64,000 bases of DNA from the human T2T-CHM13v2.0 reference genome, Homo sapiens. Each line of letters starts with the position of its first letter. The first letter of the stretch is position 1. The translations under genes and the position numbers were made by a program. The notes below the pieces were generated by a model. The model was not told the DNA's origin, made no database searches, and saw nothing but the letters and a program-made list of their open reading frames with translations. Location: the NCBI RefSeq assembly GCF_009914755.1, contig NC_060929.1, one strand, 5' to 3'. Shown here in pieces: positions 14,171 to 30,935 of the stretch.

Positions 14171-17100
14171 AAAAAAGAATTCTGATCCTTTTTGAGTGTG
14201 TGTGTGTATGTGTTTTATGTGTGTGTGAGAGGACACAAATTCAAACTGAAACTTTGCTAAGTAATAGGTTTTAACTGATCTGGATACATCAGGGTAGTGA
14301 GAACAGTAAGTCTGGAAAAGAAAACAATAGTTATCAATACACATACACTCTCCCATACATAGAACAATGCCTAGGTCTATTGCATTTTAATATCCGCCGA
14401 ATAGGTAGCATGAATTCACATCATTTCAGCGATGGGGAAATGGAAACTCGCAGAGAGCTTAACTGAATTTCCTGAGACCATGGGATGTCAGAAGGGCCAC
14501 TAAATCTTTCAACTTCCAACTCATACTTTAAACTCCTGCCTCTTATCCTTTTTGAAGTGACTGGGGAAGACCAGGTACAGATCTGTAAAATGCTTCATTC
14601 CATTTTCAGAGGAGCTGAGGTCAGGTGCTTCCTACAGTCGAGGTCTCGCCAAGAAGACGGTGGCCACGTTCCTCAATTCTCAGGCGAGTGTTTTGATGCC
14701 TGGGTGCTTCTGCCTGATGAGCCCAGCATTCATGAAGTACATGTGACAAGAGGACGGCTGGAATATTGCTCAATATTTTCAGGCCGACGGCACTGGCTGC
14801 ATGTAATTTGAGAGGAGTGTAGAATGTCAGCCGGACTTTTATGACGCACCCCTCTCCTCTTCTTGAGAATTGTTTGCATGTGGAGATTTCCTGCCTATAT
14901 TTTTAGCGTCAAATTTTTTTGTGGTTGCTCAAGTACCTTCGGCCATGTTTTAGTGACTTACACAGAAGCCCTGATGCCCCTGATAAAACTGATGACCATC
15001 GAATGGAAAGAAGTCAGTGTAGAAAGCCCAGGCATTGTCCCATAGCTGGCCCTGTGTGTTTGCACTGATTCCTCAGAATAAGTTTGCAGATAGCTTAACT
15101 TCCAGAATTCCTGAGTTTCACTAGTCCCCCTTCTTTATGATGAATTGGAAAAAGGGTATATTCTGGGATAAAGCAAGAGGAAACTGGGTGCAGCAAAGAT
15201 CCCTAGACCATTTTTCCCAGTGGCCCATTGCTCCTGCTGCTTTTTTCATACCAGCTGAATCTCCCTAAACCCCACGTCTGCGGCAAAGTCTTCGTGGTGA
15301 AACAGGTGAGTCACACTTTTCTGCTTCTCTGCAATTACAAATGTTATCACCTCATCTGACACAGAGAGGGTGTTGGTTGGAAATACGCATTAGGAATAAG
15401 CTCTTTGGAAACAGCAAAACTGCCTTCATGAAATGAAGACTTTTTTTTAGAAAGTCTGGAGCTAAAGTTATAAAAATAAAGAGGCGTCATCTCCCTTTCC
15501 TTCTCCTACAATAATGGAAATGAAATATCAAAGTAAACAGCACCACATCCATGTCCTCAGCACATGTGACTCGCTAACAGAACCATGCCAGCCACCCCAT
15601 CCCTTCTCTCCCATATTCTCTGCTGTTCTCACTGTCTCTCAAGACCTGATTTAAAACCACCTTCACTAAGAAGTCTTCCTGTCCCCCTTCTGGTCCTTCA
15701 CGGAATATTATTTTGCTTCTGAAACTTAAAAAAACAATTTTGTTCTCAGGTCATTCTCTGTGTACATCCCATCTCGTCCATCCTACAGATTAGATGTTCT
15801 TCCAGGGTAGAGGCGACCCCATCTCATGTCTTTTTATTCTCCCTCTGCTTTTTATTCCCACAGGCAGTCTTCAGTATAAGAAGCGTCAATCTCAGATCTT
15901 ACTCATTTCCAACCTGTACCAATCAAAGGCCCTCCCAGCCAAGATAAAAGCAAAGTCTCCCTCCTCCAGAGCACATGGGAATGGCCCCCCAGTAGCTGGG
16001 GCATGCAAGCTAATGAAGTTTCATCTTCCACCTCTATCCAAATATGACCTTGCTGATACCATCTCCTATTAGATGACAAATCCGGATGTTTCTATTGCAT
16101 GGTTGTTATTTGCCACATGCTTCCTGGACAAGTTTCTAGGTAACCTTAATGTCTGTGCTTCTGGGGAAGGAGGAGTAGAAAATAACTCACCTCTTCAGTA
16201 AGTGGTTTTAAAAATATAACAGTGTTTAAAAGCTTTTAGAGAGCAGCTCTCCTTCCGGCTGCTCCAGCTCTGTTTGCTTTGTGATAGGAGCCCCCGTAAC
16301 ACTTCGTGCTTGGCAACATCTGACGAGGACAGAAGGCAGGTTTAAAGCTGAGAAGATTGATTTTTCCTTTGTAGGGCTTTCCATGAGGGGCGTGGGAGAG
16401 AAGTCACTTGGGGAAGCAGTGGTCAGTGAGGTTTACTTCTCCATATGCTCTGCATTCATGTGTAAGGCTAAACAAACGTGTTGTCTCCGCAAGCAAATCC
16501 CACACCACAGAGAGGAGCAGTTTGTCCTGGAGGTCCTAAGGAGGTGACCAGTGACCTGGAGGGTAAAAGGTTGGGGCTCCTGAGACCTTTCTTCCAACTC
16601 TCATTTCCATCCTAAACTGGCAGGGGAAATGTACCCAAATTGCCTGTGTGTTTCGATTTGATGTGGACACACTGTGACCACTCAGGATCGCTCTGGTGCT
16701 GCTGAACTCCATGGTTCATATTAGGCCCGACTGTCTAGTTTTAGAAAGTGGGAGGAGATTTCCCCTCTGCCAGGGCTTGGGGTTTATGTTCCCCAGAGCA
16801 TTGAGCAAGAGCCTCATGTTTACAGAAATCTCAGGCCCCATGATTTCTTCCTGTCAGGGTAGAAGGAGAAGGAGTAGGCACAGACTGTGGAGTAGATCTT
16901 GCCACTTCAGTCCCTTTGTTCTTGCCCAGCATGAGGTTACCAAGGAAAGGATACCTGGGGCGCTGGGGGTGAGGGTATGTATTGGTTGTTTGAACTCTGA
17001 AAATATAATTTTAAAATTGGCATTGTAAATCAAATCATTAGGTCTTCTGCATATAGTTTTATTTTTTCTAAAACTTCATAAAGCTGTCAAAAATACCTAC

Positions 17101-17211
17101 ACTATATTTTAAATGCTGTGGGCAATATAGTTTTTAAAATTTTATTGTGAAGTGCTGTTGTAATTCCTTTAAGAGATGTACACTGTCTACCTGGTTTATT
17201 TTGTGTGCAAA

Positions 17212-17291
17212 TATGTATATATACACTGTATATATACATATACATATACACACAACTATATACATACATGTATATATACACACATATATAT
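17212..17291. repeat. (TA/CA)n degenerate microsatellite
   Basis: Visible alternating purine-pyrimidine tract. Confidence 0.85.
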
Positions 17292-19330
17292 TTCAAAGTT
17301 TTTTGAGATCTAGTGCTCACACAGCATTTGGTAGTAACTAACAGCTGCTAAGTCAACTCCTAACCTTCTCAACCTCATCTGGTGTGACTTAGAGCAGAAA
17401 TGGTCCAACCAGCGCAGCAACCATGTACCCACCCAAGTTGACTCCTATGGGCGTAATGTCCACAGGTGCTTCTGCCTTGGTGTGTCAACTCCATCTTACA
17501 ATTTAGGAGAATTTGGTTACATAGCACCTACTAGGTCTTAAAAATAAAAATATCAATGCCCATTTTATATAGTGGGTCTATGTAGGATCTAGTGAAAATA
17601 CGCACTTAAGTCTTTTAGAAGACAGGAGAGATTGGTGTCATACAATTTTTTTTTGCATATGTGAAGAGAGTAAATACTTAGTGTTCATCAACTCCATGAA
17701 AATGAAGATTCCAAACTACCACAAAACTAAGGAATAAAGCTTTATCATTTGGCTTTAAAGACTCTGAAAGTACTGGGTTCTATTATTGCCTTAATTGGGG
17801 TCATGCAAGGGTGGAACAATAGGAGCTAAATAGTTCATGTTAAGGCAGATCAAGGCTTGACAAGTTCCAGATTTCCAGCAGGATTTAACTCCTGAGTCAC
17901 ATCAACTTGGGGTACAAGATTCACTGGGAAGCAGGGAGGAGCAAAAATCAGTCTGTAGAACTCTAGAAAGCAGTACCTGATAAAGACCTTTAAAGTCTCC
18001 ATGAATCAAAGATATTAAGATTCGTTTTCTGCTACCCCATCTTCAAAATGAAAGCTATTCAAAGCCACAACATAAATATAAAAATTTCTCCCATGGTAAC
18101 CACCTGGTTGATTAAAATATGTTTAATTTTTCCTTTTCTTCTGTGAATTGCTGCTGCCCTAAGTATGTACGTGGTCTGCCTGTTAGCTTCCTAAGCACAT
18201 CTGGCAAGGTGGGGTAGATGAAGAAGGGCAGCTATGGAGGTGGGCATTTGGGAGAATGTAAATGCAAGGCTGGGGACAGCTCTCACTGGAGGGTAGCATG
18301 ACTGCCCAGCCAAGGGCCAAACTATAAAGGGACAGCCCCGGCAAGTGCTCCAGAGTAGGTGGATTTCACAACGTATGGAACCACTCCTTTTAGGTCCGAA
18401 GTGCTACATACTTAGTTTATGATTTGCAAACATTCATCTTCTGGCTGGAAGGCTGGAGACAAACAGACAGCTCATTAGGAAAATAACCAAAGAGCTAAAT
18501 AAAATGGAGGAAGTAGGCAGCAGATCCCAGGCAGACAAGTGTGGCTCACAGTCCTTCATGAGAGATCAGAGGCCAAGCCAAACCAATGCGTCCGTCCCTC
18601 AAAGGTCATTCGTCTAGGGCTTTGTCAAACCAGGAAGGGAAGGGAGTTTCAAAGGGCCTTTTGTGGAACACACACAGCTCTGGCCCCTGAGATTCAAATC
18701 AGGATCAGGAAACCTGTGTAGCAACTGGCTGCATGTACAATGCTTAGCGACCAGCCAGGGCCCTCCAGCCTCCTTTTCTTTTTATGAGCACGAAGTTTTC
18801 CCTGTAGATGGGAAAGAGATAATTAAAAAACAAAACAAAAATCTGTCCCAATTGCAATAAAAAACAACCAAGACCTGGAGTTATTTACTTATTTGTGAAT
18901 AGAACCAAACATGTTAGATATTTTTTGTTGTATGTGATTCAACAAACTATATAGAAATTATATTTAAAAACCCAAGCCATTATTATTTGCATCATAGATC
19001 ATACTATGTAGTGGCAGCATGAAAAATGCATCAAATATACATGCAGATATTATTTATATATTTATGTGTGTGTATATATATCAAAACAAAGCAAACGTAT
19101 GAGTAGATCAGCAGTAAACTTGTTAAAAATTGAGATAGAACTTAAGGTAGATTCTCTGTTGTTTCTGATCTCCAGGTTCTTTTGCTGGATCCTACCTTTC
19201 ATGTACATGATCATCTCTTTCTTTTCCTTAGAATGGCCAATGATCCTTCTCTGTCCTCTTCTCTCTTCTGTGAGTGTTATGAACATTAAGAGCTTTCCCA
19301 GAAAACTTGGGCATTGTGCCTATATTTAGT

Positions 19331-19909
<579 letters not shown>

Positions 19910-20994
19910 TAATGACTATAAAAGCACTCATGTAAATTATGTGTTATTATTAGAAAAGTTTCCATTTTATACCAAGACAAAGGAACACTGTTATTCATTT
20001 GACATGTTTTCTTTTTATTCTTATTCATTTTACATGTTTTCCCCTTCTATTTCTGTCCATGGTTCTCTTCAAATTTTATAATTTAAAATGATATCATCAT
20101 TATTGAGTCATAACTGAGTGAGCCATTGAGAATATGAATCAGCTGAAACTGAGGGAAAAATAATCTCAAGTCCAGTAGGACCTGACATTACAGAGTCAAT
20201 TTCTGTTGGTGACAACCTTATTTCTTGTAAAGTTCTAAATGAAACCCTAAGTCAAAGTTATGTTAGAACTTCTAGGACAAGGAATCAGGGAACTCAATGG
20301 GCAATACATAGGGAGTCAGGGGAGTTCACAAAAGCTGCAGAGGGCAATTTTGAACCTGAAGGCCTAGTAACCTGTAATCATCCTTGAAGTCAAGAATATT
20401 GTAATCTCAACAAGCTGAATAAAGGTGGCCAACTAGTGAATCAAGCCTGTGGTTATGCAATGGTTTGCCTTGCAGTTCTGAAAGCTTGCTGACAGTAGGT
20501 TCTCTTTATCTCCACCCTTTCACTGAAGCGTCTTAGCCCAGGAGGGTTGAACCCGTATTAGAAGCCCATGCCTAAATTAAATTTCTTAAGCATTGGCCAT
20601 TATCATCCACCATGTTTCTGTTGTGATTGATGTATCTATAACTGACAATTCAAGAAACCTACTGCCGGGAGTGCCAATCTTTGATTTAGAAACATGGTGT
20701 CTTTTAGAAGTCTTGTAGAACCCTTGACTCTTTCTCACAATGCTGTTTTTAAAAGCATAAAACTAAATACATAGGATACCAAAGAAACCAATTATACTGA
20801 AGAATAGTTATCAAATACTTTTTAAAAATATGTGATATAGTTAGATGCTTCTTTATTAATACATTAAATAAGATCTACTGATGGATTTAAATAAGTATTG
20901 TATCTTCAAAATGGTGATGAACTTAAATGATGTTTCAAAGCATTAGCAACAACTGTTGGTGACTGAGTCACAGGTGTTGATTGTTGTTTGTTAC

Positions 20995-21724
<730 letters not shown>

Positions 21725-22275
21725 GTTACCTGCCTTCTTAATTGAAAAAATTGCTAAATTTTAGTTACAGGTTAGTGAAAACAAATAAGTGGGTCTTTCC
21801 CCATCCAAGTTTATAGAACCTTGGAATTCTATCCAAGAGCCCCTTGGGTGTCTGCAGACCTCAAAGTCAGCTCCTCTGCCAGGATGGCTTCTTTGCTACT
21901 GGCCCAAAGGACAATCACAAGAACTAAAAAGAACAGTATCACCTGTACCTTCCTGGTATATCTGCTTATAAAACCCAAATTTCACAGCTTGTCCCCAACT
22001 GGCAGGCTTCTATAGCATAAGCTTAATGGCAAGAAATGATAAAATTCATGTGAGATCTACAGCCAATGTATATTTGCTTTGTGTTTTTGCTAAAGTGACC
22101 AGATATTTCTACAACAGATAGTCATGGCTTTAGACTATTTGTCAAAATAAACTTTTAGAGTTGTCTTGACTTTGATGCCTTCTAGGCCCCTTGAGGGAAG
22201 CTGAGAAGGCAAGTACAAAAGTGGGCTAACAGCTACATAAAAATAAGCTAAGGCCCACATCAAGATGTGGTGTGA

Positions 22276-22700
22276 GGCTGGGCATGGTGGCTCACGCCTG
22301 CAATCCCAACACTTTGGGAGGCTGAGGCCAGGAGTTCAAGACCAGCCTTGGCAACATAGCGAGACCTGCTCCCTCAAAAAAACAAAACAAAACAAAACAA
22401 AACTGGGCATGGTGGCACACACCTGTAATTCCAGCTACTTGGGAGGCTGAGGTGGGAGGATCACCTGAGGTCAGGTGTTTGAGACCAGCCTGGCCAACAT
22501 GGTGAAACCCCAGCTCTACTAAAAATACAAAAAAATTAGCCAGGCATGGTGGCATGCACCTGTAGGCAGGAGGATCGCTTGAACTCAGGAAGTGGAGGTT
22601 GCAGTGATCCGACATCATGCCACTGCACTCCAGCCTGGGTGACAGAGCAAAACTCTGTCTCCAAAAAAAGAAAAAAAAAAAAAAAGAAAGAAAAGAAATA
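22276..22700 (+). mobile_element. Compound three-monomer Alu
   Basis: Deleted left-type monomer, (CAAAA)n linker, then a dimer with an internal deletion. Confidence 0.8.
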
Positions 22701-24715
22701 AAGAATGAAAAGTGGCATGAGAGTAGGAGCAGAAAGAGGCAAGAAATATTTGGGCTCAGGCACCAAAATAAGCCCAGGCTAAACCAAGTTTCACAAAACT
22801 TCATCCCCCAGCCCCAAGCCTGGGGAACCACAGTGTGGGCACAGTGAACACGTTTGCAGCCACTTCCTCAGCATGAGCTGAGATACCACATAAGAAGAAA
22901 TCAAAACAAAACCTACCTCTTTTTTTTTTTTGGCTTGAGGGAGCTAGTTTTATTTTAGGGGCTAAAAAGAGGAAAAGGATGTACTGATTTCCACAGTTAG
23001 GCAGTATCTGTACAGAATGTTTTAAGAAAGCAAAGAAGTTTAATAGGTGTTAGAAATAGTATGCTTTAACCTTTTCAAGTGGCATGGGTTTTAATTTTGG
23101 CATAACTTTTAAAGGAGACATTGCTATCTTTTTTTTCTTTTAATGTGTACAACTTATGCAGTAAATTATAAGGGTGTTGGCCAACACATTTTATATATAT
23201 ACATATATATTTGTGTAAAATATATATATGTAAATATTTTTCTGTTTTTGTTCTATTAGCTAATACATACAAAGAAGCTAGATACAAAAGCATCACTTCT
23301 AGAAAATAAAGGATACTAAACCAAAAAGATGATACAGCAGTGCTCATGCTTCCTTAGTTGTTTGTTGTTGAGTCACTTACATGGTTTTTCCAGACAAATG
23401 TCTGAGGGAACTATACCTGCTTTGATAAGGGTTGAGTCAAAAGTAGATGAAGGAACTGCTATGAATAGAAAAAAGGAAACTCAAGCTGCTGGTAAGCTTA
23501 GGAAATGTGGAAATGAGATCATATTCAGAGAACAAATTTACTTTTAGTTTTGAAATAACCCCTTCTCTGAATGGGTAAGTTCTATGTAGTCCAGCCTGTG
23601 GAAAATACTCAGTGATTAAGGGGCTGCCAGTGGCTATGGGAAATGGACTTGGTTGGCTTCTACTGGAGGTGGGGGTTTGCTGCTCCTCCTGAGAAATGGG
23701 GCTGCTAAGGAAAGGAGTCAGCTCTGCAGGTCAGGCCCACGGATTCTCAGTGTTCAATGCCATGTGCTTCACAACAGTCTGAGTGTGACATTCTCAGTGT
23801 TGCTTTTGATTTCTATGTTTCTGAGAAGCAGTTAGTCTCACATTGATCTCAGCTTGGTGGTCCCTGGGTTTAGTGGGAACTCCCCAGCCATGGTTAATAC
23901 CATCCTCTGCGTCCGTGGTGACACTGGTTCATGGACTTGCCTCTTTCTTCATTCCCTTTTACAGAAGGCTGATGGTTAAAGTCCCAGCCATAATCCTACC
24001 CAGGAATATAGTTCCAAAATTTAACTATGGGAAAAACATGACCATAAGTTTCCCTAGAACTCATCTTTGCAGTGTTTTAAATGGAATTCTGGAACATTTG
24101 TGGTCTCTTGCTCCTGTGAAGAGGTTGTTTCCTGCTTTGCTTTATAGATGCCATTTCCTCCCTGGCGCATTTAAAAAACCACTGCATACAGCATTCTGGG
24201 AGCTATAGAAGGATTAAGAATGACCTTTAGCTGAGGAACGAGACAGCACAGCTACAGGAGATTCTGATCTATTTTCTTTTTACATGTACAGTGTTGCACC
24301 TCTATGGAAAGCACTGGCCAAGTTCCAAGCCAGCCTCAAGCAGACCCTAAATATTCCAAAGAAATAGCCTGCAGTCACTACAAAACTTGCCTAAAGACAT
24401 GCCAGGGTAAAAACCCAGTTCAAATCTGCTAAAGGTGTCTCCCACTCAAAGGGTAGAGGGCAGGGATTTCTTTCTAAATGAGGGAACATAAGATAAGGTA
24501 CACATTATGATAATACCATTTCCTACACTTGATAGTTTGAAAACCACTTTCACAATGGTTCTCTTATTTGTTTTTTGTGGGGTTTTTTTTGGCCAGGAAA
24601 GTACAGTGTACATCATTTGCTTTTTAGACATAAGGTTAATAGAACAAGAGCAATGATACAGCTAAAAGTTATACAATCAATTACATAACAGATATACTTA
24701 ACAAGAGGTAAGAAC

Positions 24716-25011
24716 TTTTTTTTTTTTTTTTGACACAGAGTCTCATGCTATCACTCAGGCTGGAGCACACTGGCGCGATCTCAGCTCACCGCACTCCACC
24801 TCCCGGGTTCAAGCGATTCTCATGTCTCAGCCTCTTGAGTAGCTGGGATTACAGGCTTGAGCCAACACACCTAGCTAATGTTTGTATCTTTAGTAGAGAT
24901 GGGGTTTTACTGCGTTGCCCAGGCTGGTCGTGAACTCCTGACCTCAAGTGATCTGCCTGCCTCGGCCTCCCAAAGTGCTGGAATTACAAGTGTGAGCCAC
25001 CGCTCCCAGTC
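24716..25011 (-). mobile_element. Alu (AluS)
   Basis: Poly-T followed by a full dimer. Confidence 0.92.
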
Positions 25012-25674
25012 AGAATATTTTTTAAAAAGTCTTTATATATGTTAGATAGTTAATACAACAGATAATGGCAATTAAGGAATGAAGCATGTTACGCAAGTAG
25101 ACTTAATTTGGAAGGAAAATAAACATTTACAAAACAGCTACTATGAGCCAGGCATTGTGCAGGGATCTTGACATGCATTATTCCACTTGATCCTTACAGT
25201 AGGTTAGTAGTATTCGCTAATTTTCCAAAGAAAAAGAAAAAAACTCTAAAGTTCAAAGAACTCAGTGGTTACACTGAGGCACATGGAAATTGTACGATCT
25301 GAGAGGTGAGCCCATGTCTTGCCATTACACCACCCTACCTCATTACTTAGGATAAATGTTGCCCATGATTTCTTCTTTTTCCTTTTGATTTTACCATCCC
25401 TTCATCTGAATGTGATTACACTCATTTCACTCTTTATAGCTCCTTTCACCATCATCATCACTCTCATAATAACGGTGATCGTTCACTGACCTCATTTAAT
25501 GCATCTTATTATAGTTATAGATTTCTCTTCTTACCCATGTTAGTTATACCATATGTTTCTTGAAAGTAGGTCTCAAGTCTTATTCATTTTTATATATTAA
25601 GCAGCATCTTACTACCATTTTACATCTATTCTCTTCCCAATAAGTGTTTTTTGAATGAACTAAGTGAAGCAAAA

Positions 25675-25823
25675 TGGCATGCCTGCAGTCCTAGCTACTT
25701 GGGAGGATCCCCTGAGCCTAGGAGTTTGAAGCTGCAGTTAGCTATTATCATGCCACTACACTCCAGCCTGGGTGACACAGCAAGACCTTGTCTCTAAACA
25801 AAAAAGAAAGAAAAGAAAAAAAC
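25675..25823 (+). mobile_element. Alu right monomer (AluJ/FRAM-like)
   Basis: gcctgcagtcctagctacttgggagg...ctccagcctgggtgacacagcaagacc plus A tail. Confidence 0.8.
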
Positions 25824-26259
25824 CAGAGCAGAAATGACTTTTTACAACAGACTGAGAAAAAGAGGACACATTTTTGTTTGTTACTGGATCATCATAACAG
25901 TCATGGTCAGTGAGTTAGGATGATAATCTGATGAAACCGATTTGCTCACGAGTGTCCTTTAGATTCTATTCCCATCCTGGCAGCACTTCTTGGGTACCAT
26001 CCAGGACCTGCTGTCCACAGCCTCCAGCCTGAACCTCTTGCCTTGACCTGTTCATCCTGCTTCATCCTGTCATGCTCCAGACCAGATGGGCCTCCAATGT
26101 CATTGCTTGGTTTCTGGTTTCCATCTCTACCTCATCATTTGGACTTGATGCCTGACAGAGCTTTGGATTCTCCTCTCCTGTTGGTTGTCTCAGGACCGTT
26201 TGGAATGCTCTTCTGGGGACACTGATTTCCCATGCAGTGAAAAGACACAGGCTACATGA

Positions 26260-26653
<394 letters not shown>

Positions 26654-26814
26654 TAGCCACCACGCACGGCTGATTTCTGAAAAAAGGAACTTATAACCTT
26701 AGGTCACTGGTCAATTTCCACAGCAGTACTTAGTGATCAAAATTTACTATTTGTGGATTAATTTACAACTGGCACCAGTGATTACTCAAAAATCAGAGAA
26801 CAACACTTTTAGCC

Positions 26815-27050
26815 TAGGGTGGTGAAGAACATGGACTCTGTGGCCAGACTGCCTGGGTTCAAAGTCCAGCTCTGTGACTTACTAGCTATTAATAGCTGTG
26901 TGGCCCTAAGAAAGTATTCAACCTTTCTGTGGCCCAGCCATACAATGGGGATAACATTTGTAGGTTATTATGAGGAGTAGCTGACTTAATTATTTTCAAA
27001 GTGCTTGCAGCAGTGCCAGACGTACAGCGAGAACTATATAAGTGTTTGTT
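26815..27050 (+). mobile_element. MIR
   Basis: ggactctgtggccagactgcctgggttcaaagtccagctctg...aagtgcttgcagcagtgccag. Confidence 0.7.
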
Positions 27051-27559
27051 AAAGAAAATGTTTGCTTTCTCTGTATTCTTCTCCTGGGAATGCTTGGCTC
27101 TGACATTCACAAACTGTTAGCCCCTTGAGGGCAGGACTTTGTTTTGTTTACTGTGTTATCCTCAGTACCTAGAATGGTGTCACATGGGAAATGTGCCATA
27201 ACTATTGGTTTTAATGAATGAATGGGGATTCTGGAGGCAAACCATCACAATCATAAGAGTTGATTATTTATTAGTCCTGTCTTCTCTCACATTTTTTTCT
27301 CTCCTTTATGTTTTTACATCAGATGCTTCTGCCTGGGACAGGCTGGCAGAGGCAAAACCTTGACTAATAGCATCATAGACTCTATATCTCATTCAGCTGG
27401 AAATCAGCTAACACTCAACAGCTGATAAATAGAAAACTTCTCAGAAATAAGAAGAATCCCAATGCTAGTTTTTACAAAAACTCATAAGTTTAGGGCTGTG
27501 GTCCTATCCTAAAGGAAGTATTGCTAAAGGGAAGCTGTGAAGAGAAATGTTACTTAACA

Positions 27560-27968
27560 GCAGAATCTGCACTTCTGAAATTAGATTGTAAAAGATGGTG
27601 GCTTCCATCTTAAGTGCGATCACTTGTGTTCTCTCTCTTTCAACGCTCACTTTGGGAGAAGCCAGCTGCCATGTGTCAGGACACTCAGGCAGCCTGTGGA
27701 AAGCTGCACATGGTGAGGAACAGAGGGCTCCAGTCAAACGACCAATGCCAACAACCATGTAAGTGAGCTTGGAAGTGGATTCCCCAGCCCCTGTCAAGCC
27801 TTGAGACAACTGCCATCCCAGTCAATAGCTTGGTTGCAACCTTGTATGAGATCCTGAACTCAAACCATCCAACTAAGCTGCTCCTAGAAACTGTGTGAGA
27901 TAATAAATGCTTGTTGTTTTAAGCTGCTAAATTCTGGGGGAGATTTTTTTAGACAGTAATAGATGTAC
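27560..27968 (+). mobile_element. MLT1 (MLT1F-like) MaLR LTR
   Basis: gaagccagctgccatgt...gtgagcttggaagtggattcccc...aataaatgcttgttgttttaagctgctaa. Confidence 0.7.
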
Positions 27969-28730
27969 ATTTGAAAAGTATTGTTTAGGACATTCAGTGC
28001 ACTCTTCCAGAATTTCTGGGATGACTAGGTATTTATGAAGAATGCTCATGAGACTAAATAGGTAAAATAGGAAAATCACATTTCCAGAAATACTATATAA
28101 TCTTTTAAAACATATGGCCATTACAAATTTCAGATTTTTATCTTAGATTTTACAGGAGGTAACAGTTGGAACAATGGCAGTTTTGGAGTTTTTCTTTGCA
28201 CTTGTATAACTCTTCTGTATACAGATAGTGCAAGGAGTTTTTAGAGAGAGAGGTTTGCAGTAGTACCAACCTATTTTTTCATTTTAAAGATTATACCAAA
28301 GCTATCTATCTCTAATCTTCTAAACGGGATTAAAAATAGATGATGATAAATATTGCTAAGTCATGAAACTATTAAAAGAGATGAAATGACATCACTGACT
28401 ACAGTTGTGGGGAGGTAAAAATATACGCAAACTAATCAATTGTGATCGGGAACAAAACTTAATATTTAGTTTCTGACACAAGACAACACAGTGGGCACCA
28501 AAGTTCTCATTATCTAATTTAAGGAGGTACACTGGTTCACCCAGAGAGATATACATTTTCCCCAGCATAAACTCTAAGAAAACTTTATTATATAATTTTA
28601 TAAAGGATGCTGGATAACAGAGTTGTTGAGAGCAACGGTACAAACAATCAAACAGGGATGTTCCTCATATCACCATTACTTACAGGGGCCTTAGCTATGA
28701 TAAAGAGATGGCTTAAGAGGCAGGGAACTG

Positions 28731-29046
28731 GGCTGGGTGCGGTGGCTCACACCTGTAATCCCAGCACTTTGGGAGGCCGAGGTGGGTGGATCACTTGAGG
28801 TCAGGAGTTCAAGACCAGCCTGGCCAACATGGTGAAACCCCGTATCTACTAAAAATACAAAAATTAGCTGGGCTTGGTGGGGGGCACCTGTAGTCCCAGC
28901 TACTCAGGAGGCTGAGGGAGGAGACTTGCTTGAACCCGGGAGATGGAGGTTGCAGTGAGCCGAGATACTGTGCCACTGCACTCCAGCCTGGGCGAGAGGG
29001 AGACTCTGTCTCAGACAAACAAAAAAACCACCAACAACAAAAACAA
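28731..29046 (+). mobile_element. Alu (AluSx-like)
   Basis: Full dimer; TSD aagaggcagggaa / aagaggcagtgaa. Confidence 0.92.
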
Positions 29047-29276
29047 AAGAGGCAGTGAAGCAGAGCACAGGTGCATGGCATTCTGGGGACCTGACTTGCT
29101 GTAGAAATAGCTTTTAGCATAAAACCTTAAGTAGCACTTCCAAAATCTGTGTTCCTTGGAAAATTGATTCTAAGAGACTCTGATAAAAATGGGCACACTG
29201 TGGTCTCTATGCCCTCTTGGAGAACATTTCAGCATATTAAAGGTGTATAAAAGTCCTTCATAAAAATAAAAGTGTT

Positions 29277-29580
<304 letters not shown>

Positions 29581-29704
29581 CTATTAAATCTAGCATTTTT
29601 CAAATGCTACAAAGGCTACAGAACTCTTTTTGGGTAATGCCTACATTCCCCTGCATTTATTTGGGAGATGCCAGTCTTACCTAGGAAGCTGATCCTCACT
29701 TTTC

Positions 29705-30045
29705 ACCATTCATTTGAATCACCTGATGAATTTTACAAACACCCTCTGCCTAGGCCTCACCCCAACAGATTCTGGTTCACTTGGTCTAGGTCGGGGCCTG
29801 GGCAATGGTGTGGTTTTAAAAAAAACTCCCCAGGTGATTCTAATGAACTAGATGGTGGAGCACACAAACAGCCTCAAGTAAGAATCACCTGGAGCACTCG
29901 TTAAAGCACTGATTGCTGGGTCCTACCCCATGAGTTTTCAATTAAGCAGGTTTGGGGCAGAGCCTGACAATTTATATTTCTAACAGGTTCCCAGGTGCTG
30001 CTGTTGCTGCCGGGGGTCAGAGGATACCCTCTGAGAACTGGTGCT
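29705..30045. mobile_element. Two adjacent MER5-type (hAT) MITE fragments
   Basis: gaatcacctg...ctccccaggtgattctaatg, then agaatcacctggag...ttctaacaggttcccaggtg...tgagaac. Confidence 0.65.
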
Positions 30046-30631
30046 CTGACAAACAATGGGTAAGCATGGCTGTTGTTAGGCTATCCTTATCAGTGTGAGT
30101 ACAGATCAGAACAAGGGTGTAGAACAGATTTCCTTTTGTTCTGAGCTGAATGCAAACAGCAATTACCATACGTTGCACCAATAGGTGGAAACTGAGTCTG
30201 GCCATGATGCATTGCATCCCACCTCCAGGCAGAATACAGGAGGAGGGGTGGTTACAATAGTGGGTGGGGGCCCTGAGGGCTGTCAAGTTATCTGTGGAAT
30301 GGCCTCAACTCAAGGGTAATGTTAGCAGGAAGGGAGGCATTTTCATAGCAGATTGAGGTGTTTACCTGGTTGAAGAAGCCGAGGCAGTGAGGAATGCCTG
30401 GCCCAGAGCAGAGCAGGGCAATGGAAATGTTACCTCCTGTAAAAAGGGGTTTACATCAGTACTCTTGGGAGAAAAACTTTCAAGGAGGCAGAACATGACT
30501 GGGCTGTGAGGAGACCTTACTGGGTCCCTCCAGTTACCAGGCCAATTTTGGGGCTCAGCACCAAGCCTGAGAGGATGAGCTCTTAAGGCAGGCTGACAGG
30601 AGGTGGGTACAGTGGGGGAGATAAGACCTGT

Positions 30632-30935
30632 GTTGTTTTTTGTTTTTTTTTTTGAGACACCGTCTCACTCTGTCACCCAGGCTGGAGTGCAATGGCGTGA
30701 TCTTGGCTCACTGCATCCTCCGCCTCCCGAGATGAAGTGATTCTCCTGCCCTAGCCTCCTGAGTAGCTAAGATCACAAGCGCCCGCTACCATGCCCGGCT
30801 CATTTTTGTATTTTTAGTAGAGAGAGGGTTTCACCAGCTTGGCCAGGCTGGTCTCGAACTCCTGACCTCAGGCAATCCGCCCGCCTTGGCCTCCCAAACT
30901 GCTGGGATTACAGGCCTAAGCTTCCACGCCCGGCC
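30632..30935 (-). mobile_element. Alu (AluS)
   Basis: Full dimer. Confidence 0.92.
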
